Shown: in pieces, positions 32,512 through 46,272 of the stretch
Numbering within the stretch: the first letter of the stretch is position 1
How the letters are laid out: every line of letters begins with the position of its first letter
From: Eledone cirrhosa
Lineage: Eukaryota
Reading direction: 5' to 3'
Assembly (NCBI GenBank): GCA_964016885.1
Contig: OZ024754.1
Coordinates: forward strand, 25,606,001 to 25,670,000
Length of the DNA: 64,000 nt
Program-made: the position numbers and the translations under genes
Notes under the pieces: model-generated
The model's database searches: none
Seen by the model: only the letters and a program-made list of their open reading frames with translations
Told to the model about the DNA's origin: nothing

Positions 32512-35257
32512 GTCAGTTAGATTTTATCCTCATCAGAGGACGTGACAGATGGACGGTCGTAAACACAAAAGCCTTCCCTAGTGAGGAATGTACATCCCAA
32601 CATAGCTTAGTTGTCAGCGACCTCACGGTCAGAACTAGACGAGCCCTGAAACAGAGGCCAACCTGGAGAAGAAAGATCTGGAAGCTGAAAGTCCCCTCAA
32701 CCAGTAACAGATTTAAAGATATTTTACTCAACGCCTACGACAGTAAAGAAGAACAGATAGAGACATTTAACGTAGAAGAGAACTGGGAGTTCCTAAAAAA
32801 TAACTTACTAGAGGCGACGGATGAGGTTTGTGGCTGGAGTAAGACCTCAAGCAGGAGGAGAGTGACTTGGTGGTGGAACAATAAGGTAGATGAAGCAGTC
32901 AAGGCCAAGAGACAGGCATGGAAAGAATGGAAGAACGGGGGGAGCAGGGTACATTACATAGAGACCAAGAGGGAAGCTAGGCGACAAGTATACTTAGCTA
33001 GGAGTGAAGCAGAGGATAGAAAATTCAAGCATGTTTTACAACGTGAGGACCAGAAACAGGAGGTATTCAAGATTGCGAGGCAGTGTGTCAAAGATAGTTG
33101 TGATGTCATTGGAGAGAAGTGTATCCGGAATGATAAAGGTGAGCTTGCCCTCACAAGTGCTGAGAAGAAAGATGCATGGAAGAGTCATTATGATAGATTA
33201 CTAAATGAGGAGAGTCATTATGATAGATTACTAAATGAGGAGAATGCATGGGAAGAAGAGACCCTACCCCACGTAGACCCTATAGAGGGACCAGCAGTAC
33301 AAGTCAGCGGCAGCGTAGTAAGTAAGGCAATCAGAGATATGAAGATAGGGAAGGCAACCGGTCCATCGGGTATAGCTGCCGAGATGCTGAAGGCATCTGG
33401 GTCTGTAGGTCACACTATAACCACACGTATCGTTAACCAGGTAATACTAGAGGGGGCCATACCAAAAGATTGGTGCAGTAGCATCATTGTCAACTGCTAC
33501 AAAGGTAAAGGCGATGCACTAGATAGAGGAAACTATAGAGGTATAAAGTTGATGGACCAGGTCATGAAAGTAACAGAAAGAGTTATAGCACAGCTGATTA
33601 GGGACCGGGTGAATATAGACGAGATGCAATTTGGGTTTGTACCAGGGAAAGGCACCACTGATGCGCTCTTCCTTGTGAGGCAATTACAGGAAAAGTACCT
33701 AGCTAAAAGTAAGCCACTCTACTTGGCATTTGTCGACCTTGAGAAAGCCTTTGACAGAGTTCCACGTGCAGTAATCTGGTGGGCTCTTAGAAAACTAGGA
33801 GTAGATGAATGGCTTGTGAAAGCGGTACAAGCCATGTATAGGGGAGCAGTCAGCAAAGTTAGGATTGGCAATGAGTATAGCGAGGAATTTAGCGTACAGG
33901 TTGGGGTCCACCAGGGCTCTGTTCTTAGCCCTCTCCTGTTCATCATAGTCCTGCAGGCAATAACGGAGGAGTTTAAGACCGGATGCCCATGGGAACTCCT
34001 GTATGCTGATGACCTCGCACTCATAGCTGAATCTATGGTAGAACTAGAGAATAAATTCCAAACCTGGAAGCAGGGACTAGAGAGAAAGGGCCTCAAAGTC
34101 AACATGACAAAGACTAAGGTCCTTATAAGTAGACGAGAAAACAGAACCCAGATCCCCTCAGGGAAATGGCCTTGCTCAGTATGTAGGAAAGGTGTAGGTA
34201 GGAACTCCATTCTTTGCCCCAAATGCAAACAATGGGTACACAAGAGATGTAGCGGGATCTCAGGAAGCTTAATTAAGAATGTAGGATTCACATGCAGCAG
34301 CTGTGCTGAAACAGCAAGCAAACAGCCACAGGAAACAAGTACCACCAATCTCTGGGAGGGCCCTGTAGAAACAGTAGACAGCTTCTGCTACCTAGGTGAC
34401 CGAATTAGCAACGGAGGTGGGTGCTCAGAAAGTACAATAACTAGGGTAAGAACGGGATGGAAGAAGTTTAGGGAACTACTACCACTGCTAGCTGCAAAAG
34501 GCTTCTCCCTCAGAATGAAAGGCAGACTGTATGATGCGTGTATCCGAACAGCGATGTTGCATGGTAGTGAGACCTGGGCGCTGAAGGTGGAAGACTTACG
34601 TAGATTAGAGAGAAACGAAGCCTGCATGCTCCGATGGATGTGTAACAGTAATATACGTGAACGACAAAGCATAAATGAATTGAGAGAGAGACTGAGCATA
34701 AGAGGAATCAAATGCTGTGTGCAGGAGAGGCGGTTACGCTGGTATGGACATGTGATGCGTATGAAGGATGACAGCTGCATAAAAAGGTGCAGAGCACTAG
34801 AAGTTGATGGAAACCGCGGAGTGGGGAGACCCAAGATGACTTGGGATGAGGTGATAAAAGCCGACCTTACCCAACTACACCTCTCAAAGTCAATGACACA
34901 CGACCGTGACTTCTGGCGTCACGCAGTAATACAGGGTACCCGACCTCCCATGGGTACATGCTGAAGCATATAAACAATATGCCCCCCCCCCCCCCCACCG
35001 CAAGGTGGTCGTGGAGGTGCCACGGCAAAAAAGCACCCAGCCCACACTGTAAAGTGGACGTGTAGGCGCCACGAAAAAGCACCCAGCACTCACTGTAAAT
35101 GAGGTTGGTGTTAGGAAGGGCATCCAGCTGTAGAAATCAAGCCAGATCAGTTCCTGTATGAGCAAGACATGGTCAGCCGACCAGACACTGCCCACAACAG
35201 GACAACCCGTCTAACCCATGCTAGCGTGGAAGAACGGACGTAAAACGGTGATGATGA
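32512..35257 (+). mobile_element. 5'-truncated RTE LINE with uninterrupted frame 32514-34964 (end of endonuclease, RT, Cys-rich insert) and 3' UTR
   Basis: [65 protein letters not shown]. Confidence 0.93.
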
Positions 35258-35321
35258 TATACATATATATTTCTACATATACATACATATATATATACAT
35301 ATATATTTCTACATATACATA

Positions 35322-35481
<160 letters not shown>

Positions 35482-35496
35482 CATATATATATATAA

Positions 35497-36000
35497 TCAT
35501 CATCAACGTTTAACGTCCGTGTTCCACGCTTGCATGGGTTTGGACGGGGCTAGTCCCACTTGAGGCAAGAGTGATTGTCTTGCTCGCATAGGACTGTCTG
35601 GCAGGTTTTCTACAGTTGGATGCCCTTCCTAACAGCAACCACATTTACAGTGTGGGTCATTTACACGGCCACATTACAGCGTGGACTGTGTGTTTTTTTG
35701 TTGTGACACCTACACGATCTCATTTGTTTCGGCCTGGATGGCGCGGCACCAACATAACTTTACATAGAACGGGGTGGTGTGGATGGGGTCGGGTGGGGGT
35801 GGTGTATATATATATGTATATATGTATATATATATATATGTATATATATATACATATATATGTATATGTATATATATATATATGTATATATATATACATG
35901 TATATATATATATACATGTATATATATATACGTATATATATATATATGTATATATATATACATGTATATATATATATACATGTATATATATATACATATG

Positions 36001-36048
<48 letters not shown>

Positions 36049-36049
36049 C

Positions 36050-36116
<67 letters not shown>

Positions 36117-36460
36117 CATATATATATACATATATATATACATATATATATACATATATATATATATACATATACATATATATATATACATATACATATA
36201 CATACATATATATATACATATATATATACATATATATATATATACATATATATATATACATATATATATATACATATATATATATACATATATACATATC
36301 TGTAAATGTGGTTGGTGTTAGGAAGGGCATCCAACTGTAGAAAACCTGCCAGACAGTCCTATGCGAGCAAGACAATCACTCTTGCCTCAAGTGGGACTAC
36401 CCCCGTCCAAACCCATGCAAGCGTGGAACACGGACGTTAAACGTTGATGATGATGATGAT
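35497..36460. repeat. Two RTE 3'-UTR fragments in opposite orientation (35497-35800 minus, 36301-36460 plus) around a TA tract
   Basis: GGATGCCCTTCCTAAC / GTTAGGAAGGGCATCC motifs and (GAT)n tails. Confidence 0.8.
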
Positions 36461-36483
36461 GATATATATATATACATATATAC

Positions 36484-36515
<32 letters not shown>

Positions 36516-36623
36516 ATATATATACATATATATACATATATATATATACATATATATACATATATATATATACATATATATACATATATATATATATATA
36601 CATATATATATACATATATATAC

Positions 36624-36656
<33 letters not shown>

Positions 36657-36667
36657 CATATATATAC

Positions 36668-36700
<33 letters not shown>

Positions 36701-36781
36701 CATATATATACATATATATACATATATATATATATATACATATATACACATATATATATATATATACATATATACATATAC

Positions 36782-36828
<47 letters not shown>

Positions 36829-37016
36829 CATATACATATACATAAATACATATATATATATACATATACATACATACATATATATATATACATATACATA
36901 CATATATATATATACATATACATACATATATATATACATATACATACGTACATATATATATACATATACATACATACATATATATATACATATACATACA
37001 TACATATATATACACA

Positions 37017-37048
<32 letters not shown>

Positions 37049-37385
37049 CATAAACATACATACATACATACATACATATACATACATATATATATATATA
37101 TATACATATACATACATATATGTTTCTTTTATTTGCCACCAGGGCAGCAAAAGTGGGACAAGTACAATGGGGGGAGTTTACAAAACAAGGCGTCCTCAAT
37201 AAGGAGGAGGCAATAACAATATATAAAAATAAAATAAAATATAACAAAAAATAAAATTTATAACAAAGTCCTCAATAGAGAGGAGGCGCCTTGGGGGGTC
37301 GCACACACCCCCGAAAAAAAGTGTGCAACCCTTTTCCTCGTGAGCACAGAGAAGGGGTGCTCCCTTGGTCTTTCATCTTCCTCAC

Positions 37386-40300
37386 CTATAGTCTGATGTA
37401 GAGTGAAGGCCTATTCACACGGGCCATTCTCGCCACTTTCACCCATCTTTCATAAAAACAGCTGGGGTGCAGCACCTCTCTCTCCATCCTGATCCTTCTT
37501 CCGAAATGATATCGGAAGAAACAGACCAGTTGTTGGCCAGAGAGAAAGGTGTCTGACCTCTTTCGCCATGGCTATTACGCACAGAAACACCGCCTCTTCT
37601 TCGTTTTTGAAGAGGGGAGGTGGCTTGATCATTACAATAGACTCGGTGGTCAACCGGATCGGTCCCACCCTTGACAGCAGTTGTTCGACATAGCCCCACA
37701 GATCGGCAATGCCCGAGCAGTGTACCAATGCGTGTGCAACGGTTTCCTCGTCGCACACGCATCTGGGACAGATCTTTTTCGAGGGGTCCCTACCCGGGCG
37801 CCCGTGTCTGTAGAGCCTTTCTCGAACGGGCAGAACCCTTCTGTAGCACTGCCAGGCGAGGGACCTCTGGAAGTTATCCATGGGTCCCGGGCTGAATGTC
37901 CTAACGAACAGGTTGGCCAGTTCGTCTTCCTCCATGCCTAGGGCTTCTCCGAGGGCGTCGTCGCACCTGTTAACCACCAGCCCTCTATAGAATGACGAGG
38001 TGGATTCTCCACTGACAGCCGGGTCCACCTGCCAGAGAGCCGTGAGCGCCTGGGCACACTCAGTGTGCCAGGCGCCCAGTTTTCTCGGTCTTTGCTTGAC
38101 CCAGGATTGCAGCTCGGTGAGTGAGACGAGTCTGGGAAAGGCTCGCCTCACAAACGGGGCCCACACCGGTTGACCGGAGAGGAATACCTGAAGGTGCCGT
38201 AGCCTTAATGCGTGTTTACGTATCATTAGCCACGGCATTCCCAGCCCTCCTTTCGAAGGGTGTTGACAGCAGATGGATCTCCTCAACAAAGGAGCCCGCT
38301 TCTTCCAAAGGAATTGGAAGAGTGCGCGCTCTATTTTGGCGAGCGTTTCCCTTGGGCAAGGCACAACAGTCAGGCGGTCGTAGATGACGGACGCTATATA
38401 AGTGTTCGCCACCTCCGCCCGACCTTTCAGGGACAGTTTGCACTCGGCCCACTTCTGGGTCAGTGCAAACACCCTGTTCGTTACCTCACCCCAGTTCTTC
38501 TCCACCTGGAGGTCTGGTCCGAACAAGACCCCGAGCAACTTCACCGAGCCCTCCGTCCAGCGCCCAACGACGCCATCGGAGGGCATCGATCTGCCCCTCC
38601 ACGTGCCGAGTTGCAGACCGATCGACTTGTCCCGGTTCAGCTTAGCCCCTGTAAACCTTTCGTACTCCTCCAGTAAGGTGCCGATCGCCCCTATTTCCGA
38701 GGCCGTCGACACCATTACTGTTACGTCATCGGCGTAGGCTGATACCGCTTTCCGCAATCCCGGTTCCAACGGGATGCCCTGCAACAACTCCAACTTCCGC
38801 AGCAGTGGCTCTAGAGTCATTACATACAGAAGGAAGGAGGGCACCCCTGTCGGATGGATCTGGACGGGATAGCACATGTCTGCGCATCTCCCACCAGGTT
38901 ACCCACGACAAGCGCCAACCTCTTTGCTAGCACCTTGGCCAAAATCTGTAACTCTGTATTTAGCAGAGTTATGGGCCTAAAATTATTTATATCGTCCCCC
39001 TTGTTCTCGTCCTTCCTCACTAGCGTGACTACGCCCTTGGTCACAGCACAGGGAATTCTCCCGTTCTGTTGCCAGTTGCAGTAGACCGCCTCGAGGAGAT
39101 CGGGGAACAAGTCCGGCATAGCTAGATATAGTTCGTATGGAAGACCATCGAGACCCGGGGATTTGCGTTTGCCACATTGGCTCAGCACGTCCTCTATCTC
39201 AGCGGCTGAAATCGGCTCCTCGCAGGACTTCGCCTCCCTGTCCAAGAGACGCGGCAGGCCGTCGAGGTATCGACCGAAGTCCGCATCCCCATCCGGTGCC
39301 CCGCCCCTTCCGAACAATCCGGCAAAGTGCTTTTGAAAAGCTTCGCACATCTGCTTAGGTTCAAGGATCACCTGTCCATCCTGGTCTCGCAAAGACCGGA
39401 TAGTGGATCTGCTCCCTCTTTTGGCTCCTGTCACGCGGGCCCAGCTAACAGCTTTGGTCCCCTCGTTTCCCAGAGCACGTATTTTGCTTCGGACGATGCA
39501 GCCTTCGTGTTTCGCGTTGAAGAACTGGCCCAGGGCCGTTCTCGACGCTAGCACTCTGGCCACGTCGCCGCTTCTAATTGCCTCTTCTACACTATCTACC
39601 AACTCCCTTTCCTTCCTATTTCTATTTGAGGCTAACTCCTTACTAAATTCTATAGAGACTACTCTAATCTCTCTTTTGAGAGATCCCCACCACCTGCTGT
39701 TGATGATGGCGCCCGTCAACCGCTCCTTAACTAAAGTGCTAATCCGGTCCCTGTAAGCCTTACTTGCCGGTAAGGACAAGTTGAGCTTCCAGTAACCGGG
39801 TCCCTGTCTATGAGTTCTGTCAAGGTTGACCATGCAGGTCACTAATTTGTGGTCTGAATAGCCAACCATGCGCATTTTTGGACAACTTAAAAAGTCCTTA
39901 TCCTTAATTCTAACTAAGAACCTATCTAGGTACGACCTAGATGATCCACTACGATTTGCCCAAGTCCAGGTTGGCGCAGTCGGAAAATCTAGTCAATATC
40001 TATCGGCCAGGTCAAATCGACCGATTAACCCTTTGAGGCTATTACACCCCTCTCTATCGGTACAGGCCCCTACGTAGTCCCAGCGTGCATCTAGGATACC
40101 ATTCCAGTCCCCCACTAATAGCAAGGAGCGGGACGTCCCTAGAAAAGTCTCCAGACGATGGAAGAAGTCCGGCCGCATTGACCCGAAAGGGCCGTAGGCG
40201 GCTACCAACCTAAACGCTCCGCCTTTACCACTGCCAAGGTCCAGAACCACTAGTCGACCCTCCGGGTCCAAATGTACCATCTGTGTTGCGAGACCCAGAT

Positions 40301-40525
40301 GTTTTTGCAGCAGAACGACAACCCCACCCCCACCTCCGGGCTGACAGAGAGATGCATGCATCTCAAAGTCATCAAAGGTGGGGGCCAGCTGTCGCACGTT
40401 GCTGATCCGGGCCTCGCAAATAACCATCACATCTATACGTTGTGACCTGAGGTCATTTAGAAGCATTGCTTCCAAGTTGAGCCCAGGCCACGCACATTTA
40501 AACAGCCTACTCTTAGCATAGCCAT
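37386..40525 (-). pseudogene. Tx1-like ORF2 (AP endonuclease + RT) with frameshifts, stops and an internal deletion
   Basis: LNVRGL, LLVGDWN, SDHKLV, PGYWKLN, SPGLDGLP, FRPITLLN, RQGCP, AYADD, CPRC..ETVAHALVHC. Confidence 0.88.
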
Positions 40526-41021
40526 GTTGGTGGTGAAGAGAAAAGGCACTTACCTCTCTGCGTCCCGGGTATCGGGCTGCACAATTTCCATCAGGGTGGG
40601 GGATGGGTTGTTGGGTGGGGTGGTGGTTTGTGGAAGTGTAGGGGCATCAGTGTGTTGTGTGGTTGGGGAGTTTGGAGTTGTGTGGGTGTTTGGGGAGGGG
40701 GTGGGGTAGTTTTTTAGGAGGACGCGGTTAATGGGCCCGACGCAGGGGGGACCCAGTCCTCTTTAAAGTTGTTTTTTAAAGTTTTATAGGTGTCCTGTGG
40801 GGCCTTAATCATTTTGAGGTGGGGGAAATCCCCTGCCTGGGTGAAGTTAGGCCCTTGGGATTTTATTAGATTGTTGTTGTACACAATGTTTAACAGTTTT
40901 TTGTTTCTTGTGTTTATGTATGTGTATGCATGTTTTTGTTTTTGTGTGCTGTTTTTTGTTTGCTGTTGTTGTGAGCTCTTTTGTGTTGGTGTCAGTGTTA
41001 TGTTTTGGGGAGGGGTTGTTT

Positions 41022-42191
41022 TCATTTGTGTGTCTGAGGTGTGTTTTCTTTTTTTTCTTTTGATTGTGTGGAAGTGCTCCTCCTCGTTTGACGACGAACT
41101 AGGGTCATCTTCCGCGTTGGAGGGGAGCGGTATATTTTCGGGTTGTATTTGCGGTGCGGGTGTTTTGGAAATTGTTTTTGTTTTTTGAGTGTGGGGGGGG
41201 GGGGGATGGGTTGGACATTGTTTTGTTTTGGTTTGAGCTGTGGTGGTTGTTTTTGTAGTGGTAGTTGTGGTGATTGTGTTGGTTGTGCAGTTGTTGGTGG
41301 TGTAGGCAGGATTGGGGTTTTCTTATTAAGTTGGGGACAGACAGCCCTCAGGTGACCTCTGGTTCCGCAGAGGTAACACGAGGGCCGCCTACCCTCAACA
41401 GTAATGTTGATGAAAGTTTGATCATCCAGTATGACGCGTTCAGGGATCTGGGCGATCCTTTCGGGCCTCATTTGAACTACAAGTTCGAGGCTCGTTCCAC
41501 TGAACGCGTCACCCGATGCCTTTCCCATGGACACCAGCGTGTCATCATCCAGGTCCAGGAAACCTGTCAAAACCCACCATATGTCCATAATCGGCAGGAT
41601 GGTGTGGATTTTTATTTTTTGTGTTCTTCTACCCATGTACGTAGGGTAGAAGGTGTATGCGGTGGATGTGATTGGTTTGATGGACAGTTTCACTGCTGTG
41701 TCCCTGTCCTTCATGAGAATGGATAGACTCCCGTAGAGTCTATCCTTCTGAATGAAGGTGATGTCCTTCATGACGTCTTTTAAAACCAGCTCTATCTCAC
41801 TCTGTGATGGTTGAGCTGGTTTTTTGCTTTTATTCGAGATTGTCCTAAACATGACAGTGTTTAGGAGTCTCTGGCTTTTTAGTTCCGGGGGGGAATGGAT
41901 CGTGAATGAACCATTTTCCCCGTACACTATATATTTTTTGGCATCTGCCAGTAGCTCCTTCGCTTTGGTTATATCTACTGGCAGATAGTCGAGGGTTTTC
42001 CTTGCCGTCTCGGCGAAGGAGAAATTTTTTTTGTTTGTGTTGCTGTTGTAGTTGGTGGTGTTGTTGTTATCATTGTTGTTGTTATCACAGTTATTGGTCT
42101 TGTTGTTGTTGTTATTGGTGTTGTTTTCGTCCGTAGCATTGTTCTTGTTGTTGCTGTTGCTGGTGCCGCTGGTTCTTTGGGTTGTTGCCAT
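41022..42191 (-). CDS. Tx1-like ORF1 (zinc knuckle); probable frameshift in the G-run near 41200
   Basis: VEGRRPSCYLCGTRGHLRAVCP. Confidence 0.8.
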   Translation of the reverse strand: MATTQRTSGTSNSNNKNNATDENNTNNNNNKTNNCDNNNNDNNNTTNYNSNTNKKNFSFAETARKTLDYLPVDITKAKELLADAKKYIVYGENGSFTIHSPPELKSQRLLNTVMFRTISNKSKKPAQPSQSEIELVLKDVMKDITFIQKDRLYGSLSILMKDRDTAVKLSIKPITSTAYTFYPTYMGRRTQKIKIHTILPIMDIWWVLTGFLDLDDDTLVSMGKASGDAFSGTSLELVVQMRPERIAQIPERVILDDQTFINITVEGRRPSCYLCGTRGHLRAVCPQLNKKTPILPTPPTTAQPTQSPQLPLQKQPPQLKPKQNNVQPIPPPPTLKKQKQFPKHPHRKYNPKIYRSPPTRKMTLVRRQTRRSTSTQSKEKKENTPQTHK

Positions 42192-42724
42192 GGCAACGTC
42201 AAGTTGTCGGTCAACAGGTGGAGAAAATCCTTCCTCTGGCTGACCTTTCTTTTTGACCTCTGCTACTGTGACAGTGGCAGGGGGAAGCTGTAAGTTTATC
42301 TTCCCCTTTCCTCCTTTGAATTTTGGTGAAGAAGCTTCAGCAATTTTAAAAAATGTTAACTTTTCAACAAGAAAAAAATTTTTTTGTTTAACTATTTCGC
42401 CTAAGGGCGTAGAATATTTTGAGAGACTGACCAGATCAAAGTTTGACCTGGCAGTCCCTCTACAAAATGGTACAAAAATTAAAGTTTACAGACAAGGATT
42501 TCTATAGAAATTTAAACAGAACTTACTCAGCAAGTTATACGCGTGTGTCCATCCCAGAGATAGATAGATAGATTATCTACATCCTTAGTTATTATAATTT
42601 TATTATTTTTATCTTTATTTTCATTTTTATTATCGTATATCTTTGCAAGACATTAGTGTATGTACACTCCATATTCTTCAGAGTTTCTGGCTTGTATCTG
42701 CCGATATTACCTCTTGTTGTTTTG

Positions 42725-42769
42725 ATTGCCCTGATGAGTCCTTAATAGGACGAAACATTGTCGGCTAAT
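42725..42769 (+). ncRNA. Canonical minimal type I hammerhead ribozyme
   Basis: ATTGCC-CTGATGA-GTCC-TTAATA-GGAC-GAAA-C-ATT-G-TC^GGCTAAT. Confidence 0.8.
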
Positions 42770-43299
42770 AAAAACTTTTCATGTATTAAAGGATTCTTTG
42801 TTTTACTCTCTTAATTACATACATATATATATACATATACATACATATATATATCATCATCATCATCATCATCGTTTAACGTCCGTGTTCCATGCTTGCA
42901 TGGGTTTGGACGGGAGTTTTCCCACTTGAGGCAAGAGTGGTTGTCTTGCTCGCATAGGACTGTCTGGCGGGTTTTCTACAGTTGGATGCCCTTCCTAACA
43001 CCAACCACATTTACAGTGTGGGGCTGGGAGGTTTTTACCGTGTTGCCTACACGGCCACATTACAGCGTGGACTGACATATACATATATATTGTTATGCTT
43101 TGTTGAAACCGATATTGTTATGCTTTGGGAGGGTCATGTTGCCAATAAGAAACACATGCACCAGTTACTTTCACTTCAATTTATTATAAATTAAATTTAT
43201 AAATTTAGGAATTTAGACATTTCCGGTTGGTTGGTTGGTTCCACAACCAGATGGTTGTTCATATATTGTCAAAGTATGAAAAACCGGAGACGACTTGAT

Positions 43300-43800
43300 A
43301 AATTACAACCTTGCACACTTGCACCTCTCTAAGACAATGTCACTGGATCCAGATCTTTGTCGCCATGCAGTAATACAGAAGACCCGCCTTCCCTACGTAC
43401 AAAGTTAACCTACAGTCAGTAAGCCCCTCCAAACTAAACATACACCCCAACCCACTACCCCTACTCTATCCTCCCACTCCCGCCAACACCGCCCTTTCTC
43501 TATAAAGTTATGTTGGTACCACAACATCCAGTCCAAACAAATGAGGTCGTATAGGTGTCAAGACGAAAAAAAAATACACAGTCCACGCTGTAATGTGGTC
43601 GTGTAGATAACACAGTAAAAAACTTCCAGTCAACACTGTAAATGTGGTTGGTGTTAGGAAGGGCATCCAGCCATAGAAAACCTGCCAGATAGTCCTATAC
43701 GAGCGAGACACGGTCACCTGACCAATCTTAGCTCAAGTGGAACAACTCCCGTCTAACCCATGCAAGCCTCGGAGATAGACGTTAAACGATGATGATGATG
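43300..43800 (+). mobile_element. RTE LINE 3' end fragment (similar copies at 42855-43075, 44655-45066, 49868-50078)
   Basis: GAAGACCCGCCTT ORF end, GTTAGGAAGGGCATCCAG, (GAT)n tail. Confidence 0.8.
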
Positions 43801-44149
43801 ATATACATGTGTGTGTTTATATATATATATATGTATGTGTGCCTGTATCTATATATGTATGTATATTTTGTGTATGTATGTGCGTATGTATATGTATATA
43901 TATGTGTGGATGTATGTATGTGTATGAGTGTGTATATGTGGTTTATGCACTTATATATATATGTAAGGGTGTTATATGGATGTACGTTTAGATGTGCACA
44001 TGTAATTTTGTGTGTGCATGTATGTATATTTATGTGTGTATATATATATATAAATTTTTTTTTTTCGTTATAAGATGTTATTTTAACTCAGCCTCACTTT
44101 AATTTTTAATAGATATTAATTTCAAATCTCATATCCAAAAGATAGCTGT

Positions 44150-44217
44150 TTCATCTGATGAACGAGCTGGGCGTTACTGTAAGGATTGTCTGGTTTCCCG
44201 AAACCTTTGGTAATGGA
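44150..44217 (+). ncRNA. Putative type I hammerhead ribozyme
   Basis: TTCAT-CTGATGA-...GAGCTGGGCG/TGTCTGGTTT...-GAAA-CC-TTT-GG-TA^ATGGA; helix II is G.U rich. Confidence 0.55.
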
Positions 44218-44402
44218 ATAATTATATTGTGTTGTTTATTATGTAATTAAATAGCTCTGTACTATACATAGAACACTCTTCTTTCCTTTATCTTTGCTAC
44301 GGAAATACTTAGCATGTATATATTTATATGCAGAAATCCATAGGTGTGAAAGGGAAAATGGAAAACAGTGCACAATCGGAGAGAGAGTTGATATTTTATA
44401 GT

Positions 44403-44628
44403 ATTTATTTATGTTCATACATGGAACAAAGGTGATACCTAAGGTTTCATGGCCCAATATTGACCTCCAGAATGTAAGAGGGATCAAAATTGTGACCTAA
44501 TCTTATACATATAAGCACTTGAAGATTAGGTCACAATTTTGATCCCTCTTACATTCTGGAGATATGGTCAATATTGGGCCTTGAAACTTTAGGTACCACT
44601 TTTGTTCCATGTATGAACATAAATAAAT
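44403..44628. repeat. Fold-back inverted repeat (~100-bp arms) carrying a decayed HHR
   Basis: Arms 44403-44504 and 44522-44628; TTGAAGA-T...T-GAAA-C(C/T)TTAGG-TA. Confidence 0.8.
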
Positions 44629-45623
44629 TATATATACATATATATATATCTACACAGTTATACAGAAGACCCGCCTTGCCTAAGTACAAAGCGAAACCTA
44701 CAGTCAGTAGGCACCTCTAACAAAATACACCCCCGTCCCACTACCGCCACCCCATCCACACCACCCTCTTAAATGTGAAGTTATGTTGGTACCACAACAT
44801 CCAGTCCGGAACAAATGAGGTCGTGTAGGTGTCACGACAAAAAAAACACACAGTCCACGCTGTAATGTGGCCGTATAGGTAACACGGTAAAAACCTCCCA
44901 GTACACACTGTAAACGTGGTTGGTGTTGGGAAGGGCACCCAGCCGTAGAAAACCCACCAGACAGTCCTGAGCAAGACAACCAATCTTGCCCCAAGTGGGA
45001 CAATTCCCGTCCAGACTCATGCTAGCGTGGAAAATGGACGTTAAACAACGATGATGATGATGATGATATATATATATATGTATGTATGTATGTATATATA
45101 TGTATGTATGTATGGTCTTCTTTTTGGTAAATATCATCTTGGTTAAGAGAGTCCGACTGGCTTTGTGCAGTGCCTTTGCTCACTATAAAAGCTTCACGGC
45201 ACAGGCATTGCTTTATATCTGGAGATCTCTCTGCACTTGTCATCACATGGTACCATGGGCCCAGCACTATGTGTCAATAATTGTCGCAAGTGTAGTGTTT
45301 GTACCAGAGTTTTCAAGTCGCTGGCTGGACTAAAAATCACACTCGTTCAGCGCATCGGTAGGGTTCTCCTACATGGATATAAAGTAGTGGCCATACTCGA
45401 AAACGAGTTGGGAGCCACCATGTATGTATGTATGTATGTATGTGTGTATGTATGTGTGTGCGTGTGTTGGGTGCAACTGGGGGTAACCACAGTAAGTGAA
45501 GTACTCAATACATTAGTAGAATATACACAAAATCTAATATAGAAATGGCTTCTACAGGACTCACAACTTCTAGTCATGTAGAGGCTATTTCTATATTAAA
45601 TTTTGTGTGTGTGTGTGTGTGTG

Positions 45624-45661
<38 letters not shown>

Positions 45662-46099
45662 CAGATTTCAGACATTAGACTATGGCCATGCTGCAGCATT
45701 AATTTGATTTAGTTGATTGTGCTTATTTTTTCAAGTCTGGTATTTAATCTATCAATCTCTTCTTTTTTTATAGAAACGCTAAGTTACAGGGAATAAACAC
45801 ATATACATCAGAAACTGCAGAAGTCCTTCACAAATATTGGTCATCCAAAGACTTAGAAGAAGAATTTGGAGAGATTTAGTAACATAACTCTTTTTTTTTT
45901 TTTTATTGTTGGAGCATAACTTAAAGAAAATGATGATCGCAGGTTTATTGTTGGAGCATAACTTAAAGAAAATGATGATCGCCGGTTAAAACAAACGTTT
46001 TTGCATTATAAACCAGGCTCTGTTCCAGACAGTTTGGCATCAAAAGGTTAAACAGTTATACAAGAAAATAAATAGGTATCAATACTCTCCAATACTCAC

Positions 46100-46272
46100 T
46101 TTAAAAATTAAGTCTGTTTCTTGAGTTGTATCCAGCTGTTTAATCACACCAGCAGCCATCAAATATGTACAGATTTGGCTGATGGCCAAGCGACGTTCTT
46201 GTTTATAGTTAGCCTGCTCAGAGCTAGTTGAATTGGCAAAACCTGAACTTAGCCATTGCAGTAACATCTGCC
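46100..46272 (-). CDS. Host coding exon, probable formin (FMN/cappuccino-like) N-terminal region
   Basis: ttacag|GG CAG ATG...TTT AAA|gtgagt; GQMLLQWL..QICTYLMAAGVIKQL..FK; phase matches upstream exon; family call from recalled FEGQML.W motif. Confidence 0.75.

Larger units (their letters stand above)
37122..42560 (-). mobile_element. Near full-length Tx1/L1-clade LINE, degraded
   Basis: ORF1 with CCHC knuckle, ORF2 APE-RT-Cys domain, AATAAA near the 3' end, microsatellite flanks. Confidence 0.9.
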
